A stretch of DNA of 64,000 nucleotides from Nitrososphaerota archaeon (GCA_041641295.1 JBEPYO010000001.1:640001-704000), one strand, 5' to 3'. Positions 19,235-29,888 are shown, counted from the stretch's first letter. The notes: generated from the letters alone by a model not told the origin. Made by a program: numbers and translations.

Positions 19235-20050
19235 ATGGTCCCGGCCGGGCAGAACACGTCTTGGGGGTTGAGGAACAGGCTCTCGAGGATAATTAAGCCG
19301 AAGGATGGCAGGACACTTATGCTTGCTGTAGACCACGGATATTTTCTGGGCCCTATCCGCGGCCTCGAGAACCCAAGGAGGACGATAACACCACTCCTTC
19401 CATACGTGGATGCGGTGATGCTTACGCGCGGTGTTCTAAGAACCTCGATAGACCCGGAGTATGATGTTCCCGTGGTCTTGAGGGTTTCAGGAGGGAATAC
19501 GATTGATGGCCCCGCACTTGGTGATGAGGAGATTGTAACGTCGATGGAGGATGCTATCAGGCTTAACGCCTCCGCCCTCGCATTCTCAATATACGTAGGT
19601 ACACAGTTCGAGCATCAGACACTCAAGTCGCTAGCTAGGCTTGTGGACGCTGGTGAGAGGTATGGGATACCTATTCTAGCGGTCACGGCTGTGGGGCGTG
19701 AGCTGGAGAAGAGGACTGCAAAATACATCGGGCTCGCATGCAGGGTCGCAGCTGAGCTGGGAGCGCACTTCATCAAGACATACTATACAGAGGACTTCCA
19801 CAGGGTTGTGGACTCTGTCCCTGTACCGCTCGTGATTGCGGGCGGGCCTAAACTAGAGTCGGACCTAGATGTCTTACAGCTCGCATACAACGCTGTATCA
19901 GAGGGCGCGGCGGGCATAGACTTCGGCCGCAACGTCTTCCAGAACCCCAACCCAATAGGCATGATCAAGGCGCTACGGGGAATAATCCACGAAAACATGA
20001 CACCGCAAGAGGCTGCAGAACTACTAAAGCCGGAGAAGATAAAAGCATAG
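19235..20050 (+). CDS. lsrF: DhnA-family class I aldolase, LsrF-like thiolase
   Basis: WGLRNRLSRII, MLAVDHGYFLGP, LRVSGG, ELGAHFIKTYY, IAGGPK, GRNVFQ. ATG at 19235 follows a CATATAT box. Confidence 0.75.
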   Translation: MVPAGQNTSWGLRNRLSRIIKPKDGRTLMLAVDHGYFLGPIRGLENPRRTITPLLPYVDAVMLTRGVLRTSIDPEYDVPVVLRVSGGNTIDGPALGDEEIVTSMEDAIRLNASALAFSIYVGTQFEHQTLKSLARLVDAGERYGIPILAVTAVGRELEKRTAKYIGLACRVAAELGAHFIKTYYTEDFHRVVDSVPVPLVIAGGPKLESDLDVLQLAYNAVSEGAAGIDFGRNVFQNPNPIGMIKALRGIIHENMTPQEAAELLKPEKIKA

Positions 20051-20262
20051 AGAATTTTGTAATCGGTATCGCGGTAGCAATCCTCTATCCTTTTTCTGTG
20101 ATACTCGACGCTACGCTAAAAAGCATAGGTGTTGAGATAGCTACTTCTAGCTGGAGGTGAGACTTGTTTACCCTGCGCAGCCCTGTCATATACGCGACCT
20201 ATTCTTTTATGCGTTAATCTATATAAAAAGCATATTAACCTGTTCATTTCCGTTAAGAAGCA

Positions 20263-22617
20263 ATGACGTTAACTAAGCTGTTCGGCGCTAAGGTTCGGCG
20301 TAAAGAGGACCCACGGCTCTTGACCGGCCGTGGAAAATTTACGGCCGACATACATCTTCCCGGGACTTGCTATGCCGTTTTTGTTAGAAGCATGCGCGCC
20401 CATGCCCGGATCAAATCTGTTGACGTCTCGGATGCGCTTAGAATGGAGGGCGTGATAGCTGCCTTGACAGGTCAGGATATTAAAGATGCGTTAGGGGCAG
20501 TGCCTACTGCTTGGCTGCTACCCGGAGCCGAGCTCAAAGTGCCTAGGTATATGCCGTTGGCGGTGGACCGGGTAAGGTATGTTGGAGACCCTTATGCTGT
20601 GGTTGTAGCCAGTTCGCCCTACATAGCGGTCGATGCTGCTGAGCGTGTCAAGGCTGAGTTTGAACCCCTTCCTTCAGTAACCAATCCTGAGAGGGCGGTC
20701 CAGCCCGGTGCGCCACAGCTCTATGACGATGTCCCAAATAATACTGCGCTTGTCTGGAGGGCCTCTGGCGGAGATGTTGATGAAGTGTTTTCACGCGCAG
20801 ATGTTATAGTCAAGCAGAAGATGTTTATTAATAGACTTCAGCCTACGCCGATAGAGACTAGGGGCGTTTTAGCCGTCTATGACAGGTATGCCGAGAAGGC
20901 CACCGTCTATATAACCAGCCAGTTTCCACACGTCCACAGGCTTCTTCTATCGGAGATTACAGGCATACCCGAACACCGGCTCCGCGTGGTCTCCTACGAC
21001 GTGGGAGGGGGATTCGGTTCAAAGGGTCACTGTTACGGAACAGAGGCAGTGGTCCTGTATTTGGCTATGAGGCTGGGAATTCCAATCAAGTGGATTGAGA
21101 CGAGGGAGGAGAACTTTAAGTCGACTATCCATGCGAGGGAACGTGTCGTATATGCAGAGGCTGCGGCGGCTAGGGACTGCAGGGTTCTGGGTCTTCGGGT
21201 GAAGTGTTACGCCAACTTGGGCGCCTATCTCTCTACATTTGCCCCCGGCATAGCTTCCTTAGTGTTTGGGGGCACGTTCCCGGGCCCCTACAACATCCAA
21301 GCCGTCTCGGTCGAAGTAGTTGGGGCTTTGACCAATACAGCACCGGTTGATGCGTACAGGGGGGCTGGCATGCCTGAGGGCACATATGTTCTCGAACGCT
21401 TGATTGACTTGATTGCTAAGGAACTCAACATGGACCCTGCAGATGTTAGGGCGCGCAACTTTATTCCTAGAGATGCATTCCCATACCGCACACCCATGGG
21501 GCTTACCTATGATAGCGGTGACTATGAGAAGGCTTTCAGAAAGGCTCTCGAACTTGCAGAGTATTGGCGCTGGCGCGAAGAGCAAGAGCGCGGCAGGGCT
21601 GCAGGGCGGCTGATCGGAGTCGGTATCTCGAGCTTCGTGGAGCTCAGTGGGCTGGGGCCGTCGGCGGCTATGAGGGCTGTGGGGTTAAGCTTGGGATTCT
21701 GGGAGAGCGCAGTTGTGAGGGTTCACCCGACTGGAAAGGTTACAGTCTTCACCGGTGGTCATCCGCATGGGCAGGGTGAGGAGACCACCTTCGCCCAAAT
21801 AGTTGCCGATAAGCTGGGAGTGTCTATCGAGGATGTTGATGTCGTCCACGGGGATACGGAACTCACCCCGTTTGGGCTGGGCACGTACGGTAGCAGGACA
21901 GCAACGGTCGGAGGCGGAGCCATAGCACTAGCATGTGACAGAATAATCGAGAAGGGAAGGAAGATCGCGGCCCACTTGCTAGAGGTGCGTGAGGAGGACG
22001 TTGCATTTGAGGCGGGCAGATACTACGTGAAGGAGCTACCCGAGAGGCAGAAGAGTATACAGGAGGTGGCCCGCGCAGCCTACGCAGCCGGCGTCAACGA
22101 ACTCCCACAAGGAGTAGAGCCAAGCCTAGAGGCCACGGCCTTCTACGACCCATCAAACTTCACGTTCCCATTCGGCACACACGTCTGCGTAGTCGAGGTC
22201 GACCCGGAGACCGGCCAAGTCAAGATTCTGAAATACGTGGCTGTAGATGATTGTGGAAACCAGATAAACCCGATGATTGTTGAGGGACAGATTCATGGAG
22301 GAGTGTTGCAAGGGCTTGCTCAGGCGCTCTACGAGGAGGCGGTTTATGATGAGAGCGGCAACCTGCTGACCTCAACGCTCGCCGACTACTTGGTGCCAAC
22401 GACCGTAGAAGCACCTGACATCATCACAGATTTCACAGTCACTCCCTCCCCCCACAATCCACTGGGCGTTAAGGGTGTAGGTGAGGCCGGAACCATAGCC
22501 TCCACATCGGCAGTAGCCAATGCTGTTCTAGACGCCCTCACACACCTCGGGGTCAGACACATAGACATTCCACTCACACCCGAGAAGATTTTGAGAGCGC
22601 TAGGAAAGATTCAATAA
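20263..22617 (+). CDS. xanthine dehydrogenase-family molybdopterin large subunit (CoxL/CutA-like)
   Basis: [51 protein letters not shown]. Confidence 0.92.
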   Translation: MTLTKLFGAKVRRKEDPRLLTGRGKFTADIHLPGTCYAVFVRSMRAHARIKSVDVSDALRMEGVIAALTGQDIKDALGAVPTAWLLPGAELKVPRYMPLAVDRVRYVGDPYAVVVASSPYIAVDAAERVKAEFEPLPSVTNPERAVQPGAPQLYDDVPNNTALVWRASGGDVDEVFSRADVIVKQKMFINRLQPTPIETRGVLAVYDRYAEKATVYITSQFPHVHRLLLSEITGIPEHRLRVVSYDVGGGFGSKGHCYGTEAVVLYLAMRLGIPIKWIETREENFKSTIHARERVVYAEAAAARDCRVLGLRVKCYANLGAYLSTFAPGIASLVFGGTFPGPYNIQAVSVEVVGALTNTAPVDAYRGAGMPEGTYVLERLIDLIAKELNMDPADVRARNFIPRDAFPYRTPMGLTYDSGDYEKAFRKALELAEYWRWREEQERGRAAGRLIGVGISSFVELSGLGPSAAMRAVGLSLGFWESAVVRVHPTGKVTVFTGGHPHGQGEETTFAQIVADKLGVSIEDVDVVHGDTELTPFGLGTYGSRTATVGGGAIALACDRIIEKGRKIAAHLLEVREEDVAFEAGRYYVKELPERQKSIQEVARAAYAAGVNELPQGVEPSLEATAFYDPSNFTFPFGTHVCVVEVDPETGQVKILKYVAVDDCGNQINPMIVEGQIHGGVLQGLAQALYEEAVYDESGNLLTSTLADYLVPTTVEAPDIITDFTVTPSPHNPLGVKGVGEAGTIASTSAVANAVLDALTHLGVRHIDIPLTPEKILRALGKIQ

Positions 22618-22688
22618 TGTGCTAGGACTCCCGCTAGTCAGCCGACGTATTTACTGGTATGGAGAGGCTGACAACTTAGAACCCGTGT

Positions 22689-23513
22689 TTAATCTCCGAC
22701 GATTATCCTTCCTTCCATACCTTGCTCGCGGTGCCCAGGGATGGAGCAGTAGAACGTATAGGTGCCTACCTGATCGAATGTAAGCACTCCCAAGGATGTG
22801 GACCGCTGAGGATTGTTTAGCTTGAAGCCAAGCTCGTCTATTGTGATGTCGTGCAGTTGGTTGTCAAAGTTCTTCACCACTAGTACAATGTTATCTCCCC
22901 TGTCGACGGTGAACTCTTTAGTAGTTTTGTAGTTAACGCTCTCCTCCTCGATGTACAGCGTCGCGCCGGGTGAACCACTAGCTAGGGGCCAGCCCGAGCC
23001 GCCTGGTGAGGCTGATGATAGGTAGGCAGTGAAGAGTGATCCCACCATCACGCCGAAGACTATCAGAGAAACTGCGTTAAGCTTGGAGACTTTAAGTGGT
23101 GTGATAGGTATCCTGCCCCTAATTTCTCGGAAGCCCTGTATAGCAAAGACGACTGAGAGGGGCGCGCCTAAAAGAAATGTAAGCGCAATTATGAATGAGT
23201 CTGGCTGGCTGCTAGGCCGTGAAAGTATTCCCAATATCTCTGTCACAAAGAGTGCTAGCGTGACCATCAGGCTTGCTGACCCCGCTAGAAAGCCCCACAA
23301 CCTACCACGCAGTACCGCTATGAGCGAGGCTATGTAGGCTAGTATGAAGACGATGAAGGGTATTGCTGGAAACGGAAATCCAAAGCCGCCGAAAGCGATA
23401 AGGAAATAGGCGAAATATACTGAGCCGAGTGCCAGAATAACCGACATCGATATTTTGTTTATCGACCACCTGTGCATAGTCTTAGAATGCTCTTCTGACA
23501 TGATATTTTCCAT
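22689..23513 (-). CDS. multi-pass membrane protein with C-terminal cupredoxin domain
   Basis: About 5 TM helices, then HDITI...YCSIPGHREQGMEG (type-1 copper ligands H, C, H, M). Confidence 0.85.
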   Translation of the reverse strand: MENIMSEEHSKTMHRWSINKISMSVILALGSVYFAYFLIAFGGFGFPFPAIPFIVFILAYIASLIAVLRGRLWGFLAGSASLMVTLALFVTEILGILSRPSSQPDSFIIALTFLLGAPLSVVFAIQGFREIRGRIPITPLKVSKLNAVSLIVFGVMVGSLFTAYLSSASPGGSGWPLASGSPGATLYIEEESVNYKTTKEFTVDRGDNIVLVVKNFDNQLHDITIDELGFKLNNPQRSTSLGVLTFDQVGTYTFYCSIPGHREQGMEGRIIVGD

Positions 23514-23587
23514 GAGGGTAATATAAAATAGTTATGTGAATAACATAGTTCTGGTTGTCTCACATAGACTTATTAAGGTCATCTCCT

Positions 23588-24028
23588 ATGAGTGTGGTCA
23601 TGACAGCTGAACAGAACAAGACTGTCGTCAGAAAAATAATTGAAGAGGTGAATCGCGACCACAGCATTAGTAACATAGACAACATACTAAGAAAATTCTA
23701 TAATGATGAAATGGTTTACCATGGCACTGGCACAGGCGAGACACTTGATAAGAATGGTATGAAAGAGTTTTTCAGCATCTATTTTGCAGCTTTCCCCGAC
23801 ATGAAATTTGAGATCCAAGACCTCGTCGCAGAGGGCGACAAAGTGGTATACCGCATGACTGCAAAGGGCACGCATAAAGGAGAATTGATGGGAATACCTG
23901 CTACAGGCAGAACTTTCTCGGTCAGGACGATTGGAATAATGCGGTTTAAGGATGGTAAGGTTGTGGAAGAGTGGGAAAACTTTGACGAGCTTGGTGTATT
24001 TCGACAGTTGGGCCTAGTCAAAGAATAG
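23588..24028 (+). CDS. SnoaL-like ester cyclase / NTF2-fold protein
   Basis: AFPDMKFEIQDLVAEGDKVV, GTHKGELMGIPATGR, RFKDGKVVEEW. Start at 23588 or 23600. Confidence 0.9.
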   Translation: MSVVMTAEQNKTVVRKIIEEVNRDHSISNIDNILRKFYNDEMVYHGTGTGETLDKNGMKEFFSIYFAAFPDMKFEIQDLVAEGDKVVYRMTAKGTHKGELMGIPATGRTFSVRTIGIMRFKDGKVVEEWENFDELGVFRQLGLVKE

Positions 24029-24335
24029 AATAATGAAGTCAATATATTGACCTCACTTTAGCCCTGTAACACCGAGCATACGCTAGTATATTTGGCCGGC
24101 TCAAAAGTTATCCGCCATCTTTTTTACCAACATTTACTCTTGCATACGACCTAGTACAACTTGACAGTCACTGCCTCGCCCTGATAAAGGTTCTAAGAGC
24201 GCCTAGGGAGATTTGATGGGTTGTTAGGACCGTCGCGTATTCCGCTTTGAGTGTTAAAGTTCTTTAATAGAGGCACCCTCAGGATTTATTGTTGGGGTAG
24301 TCCGTAGGCTTTTGTGGGGAGGGGTTTAGGGGCCA

Positions 24336-25469
24336 TTGAGGTTCTTCGCAACCACTGTGACTGGGCTTGAGGATGTAGCGGCTGCGGAGATCTCGAGGCT
24401 TCTTGGCGTAGATGTGGTTACCGATGTCTCGAAGGTCTTCTTCGATGCGTCGCCTGAGGGGTGTGCCCTCCTCAACTACTCGGCCAAGAGTGTGAACAAG
24501 GTCTATCTGCTTGTGGCGCGGGGTGAGGCTACGGGTCTAGCCGAGATAGAAGGACTCGCGGCTGCGCCGAGCCTAGTTGAGCTTATCGATAGGGGGCAGA
24601 GTTTTGCGGTGAGAGCGGAGAGGCATGGTGAGCATGACTTCACCAGCTTGGACATAGCGGCGGCTGTGGGGGAGGCTATAATAGAGTCATACAAGAGTGC
24701 GACCGGCGTTAGGTTGAGGGTTGACCTCAACGACCCTGATGTCGAGTTTCTAGCCATCCTGAGGGATAGCGACTTTATCCTAGGTCTCAACACTACCGGC
24801 CTATCACTCCACCACAGATACTACAGGGTCCGACACCATAGGGCCGGCCTCTCCCCAACCGTCGCGTACTCGATGTTGATGATTGCTGGCTGGCAGCCAA
24901 GCGAATCCTTGCTAGACCCGTTCTGCGGCTCAGGAACAATCCCGATAGAGGCGGCAATACATGCCCTCAACATCCACCCGGGAATAAGGATGGAAAACCT
25001 CGCGATGACGAGGCTTAGGATCTTCAGCCCCGCTATGCTTCGCCAGCTTAAGGAGAGGCTGATGAGTGAGGAGGAGTCTCCCAAGCCTCTGGATATAGCT
25101 GGGATAGATGCATCACCAAAAGCTCTCGCAGACGCGGAGACGAATCTAGAGATGGCCGGCTTAAAGGGGTGTGTAAATCTATCATTGGGAGACGCTCTGA
25201 ATCTCGAGAAGTTCATCAAGAAGCCCTTCAGCAAGATCGTCTGCAACCCTCCATTCGGAGTGAGGATGGGGCTCCGCGACCCCTACAGCTTCTACACCAA
25301 GGCATTCTCATCTATGAGACGTGCCTCGCCGGGCGCGAGTCTCACACTTATTGCGAGTAAGCCTGTAGTTGTTGCCCGGGCCCTAGAAGATGTGGGCTGG
25401 ACCGTGACGGGGGAGAGGAGGATAATGCTCGGCTCGATAGCCGCCCATATAATAAAAGCAGAGCAGTAA
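24336..25469 (+). CDS. trm14: THUMP-domain tRNA m2G6 methyltransferase (Trm14/TrmN-like)
   Basis: TVTGLED, THUMP domain (SFAVRAERHGEHDFTS), SLHHRYYR, DPFCGSGTIPIEAA, NPPFG. Confidence 0.85.
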   Translation: MRFFATTVTGLEDVAAAEISRLLGVDVVTDVSKVFFDASPEGCALLNYSAKSVNKVYLLVARGEATGLAEIEGLAAAPSLVELIDRGQSFAVRAERHGEHDFTSLDIAAAVGEAIIESYKSATGVRLRVDLNDPDVEFLAILRDSDFILGLNTTGLSLHHRYYRVRHHRAGLSPTVAYSMLMIAGWQPSESLLDPFCGSGTIPIEAAIHALNIHPGIRMENLAMTRLRIFSPAMLRQLKERLMSEEESPKPLDIAGIDASPKALADAETNLEMAGLKGCVNLSLGDALNLEKFIKKPFSKIVCNPPFGVRMGLRDPYSFYTKAFSSMRRASPGASLTLIASKPVVVARALEDVGWTVTGERRIMLGSIAAHIIKAEQ

Positions 25470-25475
25470 ACCCTG

Positions 25476-26120
25476 CTAAACTATCTGCTGATATTCCTCG
25501 CCTGGGACGGGCTGGGCGGTGAATTGCTCGATGGTCAGGGATGATAGGAGTTCAGGGGTGGCCTCTCCCCGCTCAATCAGGTATCTTCGCGCGAGATACC
25601 AGAAGGCGAATGGGAGGGAGGTTCTGCCCCTATTATTCATGGGGATTATGAGGTCTATATTGTTGCAAACGTTGTCGGTGCTGCACATAGCTATTACCGG
25701 CTTCCTAGCGATCGAGGCCTCAACCACTGCCTGCAAGTCGTAGCGAGGGTCGGAAACCAGCACGACCTCTGGCTCGACATAGTATTTTAGTGTCCTATTT
25801 GTCAGGATTCCGGCCGGTATCTTGCCGGCGACGGGGATGCAGCCAGTAACCTCGCAGAACCTCTGAACAGCCCTTATCCCATAGACGTGTGTTGAGACGA
25901 CCAAGATTTTTGAGGGTTCGAACAGGGCCATGAACCGGGCCGCTATGTTCAGCCGCTCTAGGAGCTTCCTAGCCTCGAATAGGTATACCCCGTCCGGCCT
26001 CATCCTATATATGAAGCGCTCCATGTGGGCAACCTTTACCTTGGCTCCAAGATGCACTCCACTCTTAACGAGGAGCTCCTGAAGCTCCACGTCAGGTGAG
26101 AGATAGTCCCTAGCCTCCAA
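25476..26120 (-). CDS. rps2: 30S ribosomal protein uS2
   Basis: GVHLG, RPDGVY, DPRYDLQAVVEA, IPMNNRGRTSL; follows eno as in the conserved archaeal order. Confidence 0.95.
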   Translation of the reverse strand: MEARDYLSPDVELQELLVKSGVHLGAKVKVAHMERFIYRMRPDGVYLFEARKLLERLNIAARFMALFEPSKILVVSTHVYGIRAVQRFCEVTGCIPVAGKIPAGILTNRTLKYYVEPEVVLVSDPRYDLQAVVEASIARKPVIAMCSTDNVCNNIDLIIPMNNRGRTSLPFAFWYLARRYLIERGEATPELLSSLTIEQFTAQPVPGEEYQQIV

Positions 26121-26226
26121 GCATCATCACCGGGATAGCCACCCTCAAGCCTACCTCGCACAAGATATGGACAATTCTGTATTCATATACCTTTACAGAG
26201 CCCTCCCCACACGCATCGAGAAGGGT

Positions 26227-27474
26227 TTAGGCAATCCTCCTGACCCTTGAGGCCCCAACTTCTTCGCTGATCCTGACCAGCTCGTTGGCCTTGGCAATCC
26301 TTTCACCTCCCAGAACACCAGCCTTAATCACCTTACACCCCATTCCAACCGCAAGGTGCGAGAGATAGGCGTCGGTTGTCTCGCCTGACCTGTGGGAAGC
26401 GACAGGCACGGCACCACCCTTTAGGCAGGCCTCTACGGCGCCCCAAGTCTGGTATAGGCTCCCAACCTGGTTGGGCTTGATGATGGCCGCGTTGATAGCT
26501 CCCTTCTTGAGGCAGTCCTCGATCAGTTCTCGCCGCGTAACAACTAGGTCGTCGCCGCAGATTAGAGTGTTGGGTAGGCGTTTTCTCAGTTCGGCGAAGG
26601 CGTCTGGGTCATCCTCCAAGAATGGATCCTCTATGTATACTAGGTTTGCCTTTCCCGCCAACTCTTCGATGTAGTTTATGAATCCTTCACGGTCCAAGTA
26701 GAGGCCCTGGCTCTTCAAGACATATCTCCGCGAGGACTCATCATATATGCTCCCAGCAGCAACATCTAAGCCCACGCCTATCCTAATACCCATCTCGTCA
26801 CCGACCCTCTGGGCAGCCTCCTTAACAGCTTCAAGGGCAGCCTCTACAGAGATAGGCGGGGCATAGCCGCCCTCATCGCCTTTCCCAAGTGGGAACCCGC
26901 TCACCCGCTTCGACAGTATTTCTCCAAGCCTCCTATGCACCCTGATGTTGGCCTCCACCGCCTCGTGGATTGTCTTCGGGTTCAGCGGTATGACGAGATA
27001 CTCTTGGATCTCTGGCGCGCCTTGGCCGGCGTGTTTCCCACCTCCTAACACGTTGCCTAGTGGTAGCGGAAGTGCAGGCTCCTGCCCTGTCTCACGGGCG
27101 ATGAGTTTGTAGAGTGGCTCGCCTCGTAGAGCTGCGTAAGCAGATAGCACTGCGACCGAGACCGCGAGTGCTGTGTTCCCTCCAATGCCTGAGTAGTTGG
27201 GGGTACCGTCAATCTCTTGCAGCAGCTTATCAAACTCGATGAAGCCGGTGTATTCGTGTCCAACCAGCCTCGGGGCAACCCTCTCCCTCAATACCTTGAC
27301 GGCAGCCTCGGGGCCTCCTACCGGATAAGGCTCCACCTCCCTCTTACCCCTGCTCTTACCTGCGGGTGCCGCCGCGCGTCCTTTCACCCCGTCTACAACC
27401 GCCTCTACCTCTATCGTCTTATCTCCTCGAGAGTCGAAGACCACCCTACCAGACAGGCCTGTTATCCGCCCCAA
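26227..27474 (-). CDS. eno: enolase
   Basis: DSRGDKTIEVE, GGKHA, GDEGG, EDPF, GDDL, IKPNQVG, SHRSGET. Start taken as TTG at 27474, overlapping the rpoN end; the longer ORF-track N-terminus is not homologous. Confidence 0.93.
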   Translation of the reverse strand: MGRITGLSGRVVFDSRGDKTIEVEAVVDGVKGRAAAPAGKSRGKREVEPYPVGGPEAAVKVLRERVAPRLVGHEYTGFIEFDKLLQEIDGTPNYSGIGGNTALAVSVAVLSAYAALRGEPLYKLIARETGQEPALPLPLGNVLGGGKHAGQGAPEIQEYLVIPLNPKTIHEAVEANIRVHRRLGEILSKRVSGFPLGKGDEGGYAPPISVEAALEAVKEAAQRVGDEMGIRIGVGLDVAAGSIYDESSRRYVLKSQGLYLDREGFINYIEELAGKANLVYIEDPFLEDDPDAFAELRKRLPNTLICGDDLVVTRRELIEDCLKKGAINAAIIKPNQVGSLYQTWGAVEACLKGGAVPVASHRSGETTDAYLSHLAVGMGCKVIKAGVLGGERIAKANELVRISEEVGASRVRRIA

Positions 27475-27689
27475 CCACTTCCTCCCCCGCCAGATGCTAC
27501 GGAGAACTCTAAGAAGCTGTCTATGACCTCCACGTGGGAAAGGAACATCCTCCTGCAGCAGTACCTCTTGACTCCCAGAGAATCGAGAGCTTCTGCGGGC
27601 TTCATGCCAGACTTGACAAGCTTGTTGTACCGCTCCCATAGATGCCCTATAGGCGCTCCACAGCTAAAACACCTGATGGGGAACAACAT
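27462..27689 (-). CDS. rpoN: RNA polymerase subunit Rpo10 (N)
   Basis: MLFPIRCFSCG...LDSLGVKRYCCRRMFLSH; ATG at 27689. Confidence 0.96.
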   Translation of the reverse strand: MLFPIRCFSCGAPIGHLWERYNKLVKSGMKPAEALDSLGVKRYCCRRMFLSHVEVIDSFLEFSVASGGGGSGWGG

Positions 27690-27789
27690 GTTCACTCGAC
27701 TAGTCCTAAGTGGCAGGATAAAAATTAGGGCCCAAGGGCGGGTCCCTCCCCAACCCATATTTATATGGGCGGGAGACATTGAAGGGTGA

Positions 27790-28611
27790 ATGTCCTCAAC
27801 CCGCGTCTCGACAGGCATCCCAACCCTCGACAGGATAACTGGAGGTGGGCTGATACCCGGCAAGACATACCTTGTCACAGGAGAGACGGGCGTGGGGAAG
27901 ACCATCCTCTCCCTCCACTTTTTGATGGAGGGGCTTAGGAGGGGTGAGAAGGTGTCCTATGTCTCGCTTGATGAAAGGATTAACGGCGTGCTTGACGGCG
28001 CCCTGACGCTTGGCTGGGACTTCTGGACCCCATACAGGGAGGGCAGGTTCTTCCCATTCGAGATACGCATCTACTCGGAGGACCTTGGCCGCTACAGGAA
28101 GGATAGCAGGGCGTATATCGACACCATAATCAAGATGACGCGGGGAGGAGAGGTCTCGCGGATAGTCCTCGACCCCATATCCGCAATGGCCTTCGGAGCA
28201 GCCGACGAATATGCAGTCCGCGAATATATCCGCGAAATCATAGTCTACTTGGAGGAGAAGATAGGTGCAACCACCATACTGACGTGTGACATCCCCTCAG
28301 GCTCTACACAGCTCAGCAGGTTCGGATACGAGGAGTACCTCTCATCGGGTGTAATCGTCCTCGGCCTAGTCAACCTAGATGGCCGCCTGGTGCGGACCCT
28401 GCTGGTGAGGAAGATGCGCTGGTCTCCTGCAGACCACTCTATCTACACCTTCGAGATAGTTAGGGGCCGGGGGATAATCATCGGACCCACGCTTAGGGCT
28501 CTTCAGCAGAGGATGGCAGTGCCTGGGGCAGCCAACTCGCCGACCACTAGGGCTCAAGGTGTTCAGGCAGGCTCGTCTGAGGGGGCTACGAGAGACTCCT
28601 CCCCAATATAG
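27790..28611 (+). CDS. single-domain KaiC/RAD55-family ATPase
   Basis: STGIPTLD, Walker A GETGVGKT, SLDE, RIVLDPIS, VRKMR. Confidence 0.88.
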   Translation: MSSTRVSTGIPTLDRITGGGLIPGKTYLVTGETGVGKTILSLHFLMEGLRRGEKVSYVSLDERINGVLDGALTLGWDFWTPYREGRFFPFEIRIYSEDLGRYRKDSRAYIDTIIKMTRGGEVSRIVLDPISAMAFGAADEYAVREYIREIIVYLEEKIGATTILTCDIPSGSTQLSRFGYEEYLSSGVIVLGLVNLDGRLVRTLLVRKMRWSPADHSIYTFEIVRGRGIIIGPTLRALQQRMAVPGAANSPTTRAQGVQAGSSEGATRDSSPI

Positions 28612-29888
28612 ACCTCACGCTCACCCCAAGGATTCTTTACAACCCTGACGAAGTGTAGAACTACCTGCTCCCCCTCCCGGACCTCCTCCAACATCTTTAC
28701 AGCCTCACCCCACGCCTTACAGAATATCGATCCAGACATATCCTTGAGCCAGAAGCTTGAGAAATCAGTCTCACCCTTCTTGGTCTTCATGCGGGTGGTG
28801 GGCGACTTGGAGAAAACCTCACCTTGGACGGAAGCGTCAACCATACCTGCGCGCAAATCCCCTATTGCCTGTATCTTGGGCCGAGGCTCAGCCTCAACAT
28901 GGGCCGGCTCATACTCTAGGGGAATGATTGCCCAGCCCTTACCGACCCGTGTGTAACGCATCTCCCTAACAGATATGAGCTGGCCGGGGCTGATGTCCTC
29001 TGAATAAACCCTCTCAACCCCGTCTTGGGTTATGCCTAGTAGCATTCCCTGTTGTGGGAGCCTGCGTTCGATTTTGAGTAGCACCGGCTCCTGTGGGGGT
29101 AGAGGTGGTATGAATATGCTGGAGCGCGATGTTGTTGATAGAGTTCCGCCTGGAGACCATTTTGCCCCGGCGACATATGCTATCTTACCGATACTAGATT
29201 CGTCTAGGAGGCCCACATGATCCCTCCACAGACTGAGTTCAGCCTTAACGCCACGCCATCCAATGAGCAAGTCTCTAACACCCACAGCCTCACCCTTCAC
29301 AGAGACACTCCTCGCCTCAGAGAACCCGAGAATAACGGCCTTAAAGTCTACGGTCCCACGCGCCTCAAAAACCTCGGGCAACTCGGCGAAGAAATGCTCA
29401 AGGGGAGGAAGACCCGGCCCAGCCTCGGATATCTCGGCATGCTCGCCGAGATGTACCTCAACCGCGCCATCGGGCCTCTCACGGGTATAAGCTCCTCTCA
29501 CCAAGATGCTCTTACCAATGGCCACGTTAGCAGCCTCAAGCCTACTTACCGCATCACCCCACGCAACGGCGTCTACAACCCCCGAGTCGTCTCCGAGCCT
29601 GAGGTAAACGACTGGGGGCTCGCGCCTAGGCCTAGACACCCCTATCACTCTGGCCTCAATATTCACCGACCCAAGCCCGCCCACAAGCTTAGACAAAGCA
29701 ACGGTAGAAGAGCCCTGCCTAAGGCCCTCAAACAACCCAAGCTCGCCGGCCACAATATAGAGGGCTCCGAGGCGAGTCAGCCTCGGGTCCTCAGAAACCC
29801 TCCTCTCAACCTCCACCTCGATCTCCTCCCGCTTATCCTCCCCCACGAGGCTCAGAACACGCCTCAAAAGCGCCTCATAATCACTCAT
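28563..29888 (-). CDS. replication protein A-like multi-OB-fold ssDNA-binding protein
   Basis: N-terminal helical domain (ALYIVAGELG) and repeated OB motifs LGDDSGVVDAVAWGD, AELSLWRD, LKDMSGSIFCKAWGE. Confidence 0.8.
   Translation of the reverse strand: MSDYEALLRRVLSLVGEDKREEIEVEVERRVSEDPRLTRLGALYIVAGELGLFEGLRQGSSTVALSKLVGGLGSVNIEARVIGVSRPRREPPVVYLRLGDDSGVVDAVAWGDAVSRLEAANVAIGKSILVRGAYTRERPDGAVEVHLGEHAEISEAGPGLPPLEHFFAELPEVFEARGTVDFKAVILGFSEARSVSVKGEAVGVRDLLIGWRGVKAELSLWRDHVGLLDESSIGKIAYVAGAKWSPGGTLSTTSRSSIFIPPLPPQEPVLLKIERRLPQQGMLLGITQDGVERVYSEDISPGQLISVREMRYTRVGKGWAIIPLEYEPAHVEAEPRPKIQAIGDLRAGMVDASVQGEVFSKSPTTRMKTKKGETDFSSFWLKDMSGSIFCKAWGEAVKMLEEVREGEQVVLHFVRVVKNPWGEREVYIGEESLVAPSDEPA

Noticed and set aside
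20263-22617. Calling the gene an aerobic CO dehydrogenase (coxL)
   Set aside because: Lacks the form I AYXCSFR motif and adjacent coxM/coxS genes.
27475-27905. N-terminal extensions of enolase (to 27639) and RpoN (to 27905) in the ORF track
   Set aside because: They overlap rpoN and the KaiC gene; homology begins at TTG 27474 and ATG 27689.
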